The notes under the pieces are model-generated. The model made no database searches and was not told the origin of the DNA. It saw nothing but the letters and a program-made list of their open reading frames with translations. DNA of 64,000 nt from NCBI GenBank assembly GCA_045545475.1, contig JAZQAZ010000030.1, positions 1-64,000 on the forward strand, given 5' to 3'. Both the position numbers and the translations under genes were made by a program. The DNA is from Clostridia bacterium (GTDB lineage: Bacteria > Bacillota > Clostridia > CAKSNL01 > HGM11501). Positions 58,297-64,000 of this stretch are shown here, one piece after another (the stretch's first letter is position 1; each line of letters starts with the position of its first letter).

Positions 58297-59040
58297 TTAT
58301 ACTAAAGCTTCTGTCTCTATATTGAGCAATGCTTCTTTTTCTCTCATATATGCTTTTCCATACTTGGAAAATCTGCTTTTTCTTATTTCAAGGTCCGACA
58401 GGATATCCACCAGCCACAAAGGATACCCTCCCACAGCCTTAATTTCCATAAGTCGCATATCAGGTTCAATAAGTGCCTCGCCATAGTCTCCTTTAAGCAG
58501 GTCCAGCTCGTACATTCTTGCTCTTATATCCTTATCAAAGGAAATTCTTAAGTCCTTGTTATCGTGGGAGAAAAACGCCAGGCGGTCATACGCCACAATG
58601 CAGGAAGGTTTTATTCCGGGATTCATTTTAAGAAATTCCAAAATTTCTTTTATAACCTGTTCATTCATGTGGGGCATAAGAGGCGGCATTTCTTTCTTGT
58701 CAAGAAAATCCATCGCTTCGTTATAGTAAAAAGCCGTTCTTCTTTTATTCACCGTACCTTTGAACTTCTTCTTCATTTCAAGATATATCTTTGTATTTTC
58801 ATCCGGCACTCCGTAAGAACGAAGGCGAAGCTTTTCTTTATATACAGGGCGGGACAGGGAATGTCTTATAAACCGCTTATCATCTGTATCAAAATAAAGG
58901 CTGCAAAGAGTATAATACTCTCCCCCGATATTATACTTATCCATATATGTATAATCTTTTATCCGGCTAAGGACCGTTTCAAAAACATCTCCTGTCAGAA
59001 GATACTTTTTTTCAACACGGTTGAAAACCTCTTTCGCCAT
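58297..59040 (-). CDS. VTC (polyphosphate polymerase, CYTH-like) domain protein
   Basis: RVEKKY, SLYFDT, KLRLRSY, EMKKK, LRISFD, SKY. Confidence 0.85.
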   Translation of the reverse strand: MAKEVFNRVEKKYLLTGDVFETVLSRIKDYTYMDKYNIGGEYYTLCSLYFDTDDKRFIRHSLSRPVYKEKLRLRSYGVPDENTKIYLEMKKKFKGTVNKRRTAFYYNEAMDFLDKKEMPPLMPHMNEQVIKEILEFLKMNPGIKPSCIVAYDRLAFFSHDNKDLRISFDKDIRARMYELDLLKGDYGEALIEPDMRLMEIKAVGGYPLWLVDILSDLEIRKSRFSKYGKAYMREKEALLNIETEALV

Positions 59041-59171
59041 AAGCTCCCTCCTCCCTACAGCAGAGGCTACCAATTCATAATATAATATACATTAACAACG
59101 TCTTAAAGTCAATAAAAAGAAATGAATTTATTATTAAAAGGCTGCGATTAGTTCTAATCGCAGCCTTTTCG

Positions 59172-59609
59172 TTATTTAAGTGATAAAAATATTTCCGTCA
59201 TTTCCTCATCGTTTGAAGGAATCATGGCATATTCGTCATTTACCTGTGCCGTTATATATACATCAAACATATCCATATACATTTTTCCTGTTTTTGCCAA
59301 TTCTATATAAGCTTCAGACTCAACATTATAGCAGAAAATTTCAAACACTCTTCCGTCTGCAAGCGTGTATTTCCTTCCTGCCTTCGCACCATCAATTATC
59401 CCTTCCGCCTTATCTTCCTCTTCGAAAGCAATTCCTTTTTCAGTAAGTGCCGCGGAAAAACCTGCAAACTTATCTTCTGTCTCCCTTGTAACATAGGTGA
59501 ATTCCTTTATTTCTCCGTTTTCATCTGTATATTTTTCTGTTTTCACGGTGCAGGAAGCAAGGGTTAAAATCATAAATACAGCAAGAAAAGTCAACATTAT
59601 TTTTTTCAT
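59172..59609 (-). CDS. hypothetical lipoprotein
   Basis: Signal peptide with LASC lipobox. Confidence 0.7.
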   Translation of the reverse strand: MKKIMLTFLAVFMILTLASCTVKTEKYTDENGEIKEFTYVTRETEDKFAGFSAALTEKGIAFEEEDKAEGIIDGAKAGRKYTLADGRVFEIFCYNVESEAYIELAKTGKMYMDMFDVYITAQVNDEYAMIPSNDEEMTEIFLSLK

Positions 59610-59704
59610 TAAAAATCATCCTCTCTTTGCTTAATGATAGCACGGCTTTTATATTCTGTCAAGAAACAAAAAACGTACGGAATTTATGCCTCCCGTACGC
59701 CATA

Positions 59705-60208
59705 TTATAATTCTTCAGGTTCAAATTCCCCAAGCACAAAAGGAATTATTTCTTCCTTTTCTATTTTAAGCACGGTTTTAAATTCTCCATAAAGGAGCTT
59801 TTCAGCCTCGGCAAGAAAATATTCGTCCACTTTATGAAGCTTTTTTCCAAGCTCAAAAATTTCCTTTTTATGCTTATCACAAGCTTTAATAAGTGAAGCA
59901 ATCCCGCCTCTGTCCGCACTGTTTATTGCACCGGAATAAATATCACGTCTCTGTCTGTCATTATCTTCCCAAAGGGCACAGTCAGCTTCCTTTATGATTT
60001 TTTTTATTTCTTTTCCCGATACAATTTTTCTTAATTTTGTTTCGGCAGCCTTACCTTCTGTAGGCACATAAAAAACCGAGCTTTCGTTTCCCGCCGGTGT
60101 AAGAGCATAGTATTTTATAGTTCTGTCAGCAATCTTTTTGTCCTCGATGCCATTTATCCTGCACAAGCCTTCGCCGCCGTAAAGCACCATATCCCCTATA
60201 TTATACAT
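59705..60208 (-). CDS. CarD family transcriptional regulator
   Basis: IGDMVLY..EGLCRI, YVP, LRK, AEKLLYGE. Confidence 0.8.
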   Translation of the reverse strand: MYNIGDMVLYGGEGLCRINGIEDKKIADRTIKYYALTPAGNESSVFYVPTEGKAAETKLRKIVSGKEIKKIIKEADCALWEDNDRQRRDIYSGAINSADRGGIASLIKACDKHKKEIFELGKKLHKVDEYFLAEAEKLLYGEFKTVLKIEKEEIIPFVLGEFEPEEL

Positions 60209-60348
60209 AAAAAGCCTCCGGTATTACCCAATCTGTCATTTGCTCAAAATTCTTTCTTATATAATACCACAAAAAGGATTTTTCTTCAAGGGACAAATTG
60301 ACGAAAAACTGCACCGGTCTTTATGTGTAAATCGCCCAAAAACCACAA

Positions 60349-61536
60349 TTAGCACTTATCTTTAAGGCTTTTTGCCGCATTAATGAGCGCTTCCTCATCG
60401 TTTTCACAATTTCCTTCTATCACAAGATTCAAAAGAGCATCAAGCACTATGCCTGTTTTCCTTCCCGAAATACCAAGGGATAAAAGGTCGCTTCCCGATA
60501 TGGCAAGCTCTTTTATTTTATTGCAGGAGCATGCTGCTTTTCCAAGAAGTTCGAAAGCGTCCTTTGCCTCTTTATCCGAAAATATTCCAAGATGCTGCTT
60601 AAAAGTTATACACTTTGATACATATTTTTCCTCTCTCGTTTTAAGGAAATATCTCATTTTGATAATGTCAGAAAAATCTGCGTTTTTATCTTCCATAAGT
60701 CTTATGACCGTATCCTTTAGTAGCCTGTCAGTTTTCAAGGAGTTAAGTACCTCTCTCGCATCATCTGCACTAAGTCCGTCAAAAAGAATTGCAAAAGAAA
60801 TGGCTGTATCGTCTCCCTTTATTCTTTTTACGTTGTCAATATATTTCGCTTTTGAAAGAGACGGCATTATAAAAAGAAATACATCCTTGAATTCAGATAA
60901 CACAAAAGGTGCATTGATGCCTGCTAAAAGCTTTTTAAGCTCCGTAAAAATTCTTTCCCTTGCAATATTTGAAAGAAGGAGAAAAAGCTTTAATATCCCC
61001 TTTTTAGTTTCATCTTCAATTGAAAAGCCCAGAACTGATGAAAACCTTAAGGCACGCATTATGCGAAGGGCATCCTCGGTAAATCTCTTTTCCGCATCTC
61101 CGACACAGCGGATTATGCCCTTTTCAATATCTTCTTTTCCCGAAAAGGGATCTGTTATATTGAAGCTTTCGTCCATCGCCATAGCGTTTACCGTAAAGTC
61201 GCGGCGGGACAGATCTTCTTCTATTTTCTTTGTAAAATAAACTTCTTCCGGATGGCGTGAATCCTTATATTCCCCGTCAATGCGGTAGGTGGTTATTTCT
61301 ATTGCTTCGCCATTTATTATAGGAGCCACCGTTCCGTGCTTCATCCCCGAAAGCACACATTTTTTATCGGGAAAGCAATTTATTATCTCTTCGGGAAGGG
61401 CATTTGTGGTAATGTCAAAATCAGACGGAGTTTTTCCCATAATCATATCACGGACGCAGCCGCCCACAAGGTATGCTTCATACCCTTCTTTTGTCAGGCT
61501 TGACAGGGCATACAATATATTTTCCGGTATTACCAT
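60349..61536 (-). CDS. cca: CCA tRNA nucleotidyltransferase
   Basis: VGGCVRD, DFDITT, DLSRRDFTVNA, EDALRIMR, ERI. Confidence 0.9.
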   Translation of the reverse strand: MVIPENILYALSSLTKEGYEAYLVGGCVRDMIMGKTPSDFDITTNALPEEIINCFPDKKCVLSGMKHGTVAPIINGEAIEITTYRIDGEYKDSRHPEEVYFTKKIEEDLSRRDFTVNAMAMDESFNITDPFSGKEDIEKGIIRCVGDAEKRFTEDALRIMRALRFSSVLGFSIEDETKKGILKLFLLLSNIARERIFTELKKLLAGINAPFVLSEFKDVFLFIMPSLSKAKYIDNVKRIKGDDTAISFAILFDGLSADDAREVLNSLKTDRLLKDTVIRLMEDKNADFSDIIKMRYFLKTREEKYVSKCITFKQHLGIFSDKEAKDAFELLGKAACSCNKIKELAISGSDLLSLGISGRKTGIVLDALLNLVIEGNCENDEEALINAAKSLKDKC

Positions 61537-61586
61537 AAATCCACCTCCCTTAAAGTTATCAGATATATTTTACCACACAATTTCAA

Positions 61587-62393
61587 TTAATTAAAGCTTT
61601 TTCTGTAATTTAAAGGAGATACTCCTTTATATTTTTTGAAAATCCTCGAAAAATAGTTCTGGTCGATAAAGCCCGTTTCCTCTCCCACCTTCTGCATGGG
61701 AAGGTCGGTATTTTCAAGAAGCTCCGATGCCCTCTTTATCCTCATTTCAAGTATGTAATTTTTAGGGCTTTTTCCTGTGCACCTTTTAAAAAGATGGATA
61801 AAGCGGCTTACGCTTAAATTACACATATCGGCATAAAACGAAATATCAACTTCCATCCCGAAATCCGCCGTCATACGCTTTAGCACCTTTTCAATTCTTT
61901 CATCCGCTATATAATGTGAATCCCACACGTTCCTTCTTGCAAAAAGTGCAAGGATTGTGTAAAGATAACCTGCGCAAAGCTCCGAAGAATATGGCCTTTT
62001 AAGATAATATTCTTCTATCATTTTCTTAAAAAGCGATTCTGCGTGGGGGATTTCCCCGATATTGATAACTCTTTTTGAAAGCTTAAACCCCGAAAGAAGC
62101 TTTTCGCACTCCGTGCCAGAAAAATGCACATAATAGGAGGTTGTTTTTATCTCTGCTTTAACATAGTAATTCTGCACCTCAAAGGGGCGGTATATAACAA
62201 TGTTTCCTTTGGTTACTTCCTGCTCAATTCCCTTTTCCTTTATAAAAAGTGAGCCTTCGGTGATAAAAAGAATGTGATAGTCAACTCTTCCCTTTTCCCT
62301 GAATGAGCCTATATCCCTTCCCGAAAGATGCTGACAGTCACAGCTGTTTACGCATAAAGGCTCCGCCGATTTATATTCGCTTGAACGCACCAT
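61587..62393 (-). CDS. AraC family transcriptional regulator
   Basis: C-terminal double HTH (YFSRIFKK...SPLNYR); divergent from the nag genes. Confidence 0.9.
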   Translation of the reverse strand: MVRSSEYKSAEPLCVNSCDCQHLSGRDIGSFREKGRVDYHILFITEGSLFIKEKGIEQEVTKGNIVIYRPFEVQNYYVKAEIKTTSYYVHFSGTECEKLLSGFKLSKRVINIGEIPHAESLFKKMIEEYYLKRPYSSELCAGYLYTILALFARRNVWDSHYIADERIEKVLKRMTADFGMEVDISFYADMCNLSVSRFIHLFKRCTGKSPKNYILEMRIKRASELLENTDLPMQKVGEETGFIDQNYFSRIFKKYKGVSPLNYRKSFN

Positions 62394-62527
62394 AAAACCG
62401 CCTCCTTAAAGAAATTATACCAACCATCTTTCTTTATGTCAACAGCAGTTTTGTGCTAATTTTGAGCAAGGCTGTCTATATACATATTTTTATAAATCTG
62501 TTAAAATAAAATAAGGAGGTGTCAAAT

Positions 62528-63379
62528 ATGACAGATTATAATAAAATGCCCGCCGAAATGCTGGGCGAAGGAAGCACAATTAAACTTGAGCGCTGCGAAA
62601 CAGAGGTTGACCTTTACTGGCGTGTTGCCATGGATGTTCTTTCCGTTATAGAGGAAAACAACAAAAAGGGAGAACCCACAATAATGGTTGTTCCCTACGG
62701 TCCACTTGGTCCCTATGCGAGAATAGTTTACCTTGTAAATAAGTACCGCATAAGCCTTAAAAACTGTACGTTCATAAATATGGACGAGTATCTTGACGAT
62801 AACGACGAATATTTAGATAAGGCAGACCCCTTATCATTCCGTGGCGGAATGGACAGAATTTTCTATTCACAGATTGATGAGGAGCTTAACGTTCTTCCCG
62901 AAAACAGATATTTCCCCGATCCCAAAAATCCCGGCAAGGTTATGGAGCTTATAGAAAAAGCAGGCAAGCTTGACCTTGTTTTCGGCGGTGTAGGAATAAA
63001 CGGTCACTATGCATTTAACGAGCCTCCGGAGGAAGGCGAGGTTGTCACGGCTGAGGAATTTTTAAGCCGCCCCACAAGAATCCTTAACGTATCAAGAGAA
63101 ACAAGAACAATCAACGCATATATGAATGCAGGCGGAAACTTTGACGCCATTCCCAAAAAGTGCATAACCGTCGGTATGAAGGAAATGTTTATGGCAAAAA
63201 AGGTAATTATGTGTATGCCCCGTGACTGGCTGGCAGGTGCTCTTCGTAAGGTTATTCACGGAGAAGTTTCTCCATATGTTCCCTGCTCACTTTTCCGCCT
63301 TCATAAAGATGCTACCGTTTATGCCTGCCCCGATGCATTAAAAACTCCCCTTCCCGAAATAAGAATTTATAACAAGTGA
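62528..63379 (+). CDS. glucosamine/galactosamine-6-phosphate isomerase (NagB-like)
   Basis: NMDEY, GGVGINGHYAFNEP, ITVGM. Confidence 0.8.
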   Translation: MTDYNKMPAEMLGEGSTIKLERCETEVDLYWRVAMDVLSVIEENNKKGEPTIMVVPYGPLGPYARIVYLVNKYRISLKNCTFINMDEYLDDNDEYLDKADPLSFRGGMDRIFYSQIDEELNVLPENRYFPDPKNPGKVMELIEKAGKLDLVFGGVGINGHYAFNEPPEEGEVVTAEEFLSRPTRILNVSRETRTINAYMNAGGNFDAIPKKCITVGMKEMFMAKKVIMCMPRDWLAGALRKVIHGEVSPYVPCSLFRLHKDATVYACPDALKTPLPEIRIYNK

Positions 63380-63380
63380 T

Positions 63381-64000
63381 ATGAAGACATTTATTAAAAA
63401 CGGAACCGTTTTCAAAGAGGGCGGCATTTCTGACGGCATACTCGTTATCGAGGACGGAAAAATTATCGATACGGATTACTTTGGTGAAATCCCCGAAAAC
63501 TCACGGGTTATCGATGCCAAAGGCAATTACGTAATGCCCGGCTTTGTCGAGATTCACGCCCACGGCGGTGGCGGTGCCGACTTTATGGATAAAACGGCTG
63601 ATGCCTTTGAAACGGTAGCGAAAACCCACAGAAAATGCGGCACCACAACGATTTTACCCACCACTGTTGCCGCAAGCTATGAATCTTTATTAAAGGTGTT
63701 TGAAACCTATCGCAAAGTTTCTGCTTCAAAGACCATAAATTTCGGTGGACTTCACTTAGAGGGTCCATTTATCTCCATGGAAATGAAGGGCGCACAAAAC
63801 CCCGCCTTTATAAGAAATCCCGAAAAGGCAGAGGTTGATGCTTTGATAGAAGCAGGCGGTGACATTATTAAAAAATGCACCGTCGCGCCGGAAATTCTGG
63901 GAATCGACTATCTTGCAAAAAAGTTTACCGATAACGGAATTTATCTTTCATCGGGCCATTCAAACGGCACATTTACCGATATTGAAAAGGGCTTTTCTCT
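63381..64000 (+). CDS. nagA: N-acetylglucosamine-6-phosphate deacetylase (truncated by window end; absent from the ORF track)
   Basis: Hand translation from ATG 63381: MKTFIKNG...PGFVEIHAHGGGG...GTTTILPT...HLEGPF...KGAQ...VAPE...GHS. Confidence 0.9.
   Translation, partial: MKTFIKNGTVFKEGGISDGILVIEDGKIIDTDYFGEIPENSRVIDAKGNYVMPGFVEIHAHGGGGADFMDKTADAFETVAKTHRKCGTTTILPTTVAASYESLLKVFETYRKVSASKTINFGGLHLEGPFISMEMKGAQNPAFIRNPEKAEVDALIEAGGDIIKKCTVAPEILGIDYLAKKFTDNGIYLSSGHSNGTFTDIEKGFS

Noticed and set aside
29050-59170. Numerous short GC hairpins with A/T tails (e.g. about 29053, 31388, 34753, 39046, 47190, 48793, 53002, 53587, 59137)
   Set aside because: Positions after stop codons and dissimilar sequences fit ordinary intrinsic terminators, not a repeat family
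60383-61240. 285-aa plus-strand ORF antisense to cca
   Set aside because: Ser/Phe-rich mirror-frame shadow typical of the codon bias of the real gene; no SD or domain

Overview
A 64-kb chromosomal window from a low-GC, spore-forming Clostridia-type bacterium, judged from sigK, spoIIAA-spoIIAB-sigF, spoIIP, SLH proteins and ireB. Most of it is housekeeping and metabolic: rnc-acpP, rplM-rpsI, mtaB, tsaE-tsaB-rpiB-nrdR-glnA(type III), argF, pyrP-pyrR, cca, and glycoside hydrolases GH20, GH37 and GH38. I found no rRNA, tRNA, CRISPR array or intact prophage. Five items stand out. (1) A perfect 18-bp hairpin buries the Shine-Dalgarno of an uninterrupted sigK and overlaps a sigE-like -10 element. 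(2) A tandemly duplicated, divergent four-gene XRE/HTH module has conserved twin palindromic operators and an apparently non-cleavable CI/LexA-like repressor. (3) A REP-associated tyrosine transposase carries two inverted GTAG-REPs inside its own ORF and sits between 17-bp direct repeats of a terminator arm. (4) An AraC / creatinase-like M24 / ASRT / creatininase cluster has no known substrate. (5) A promoter-led, multi-hairpin non-coding element with alternative pairings lies at the left edge. All product calls come from motif recognition by eye; no database searches were run.
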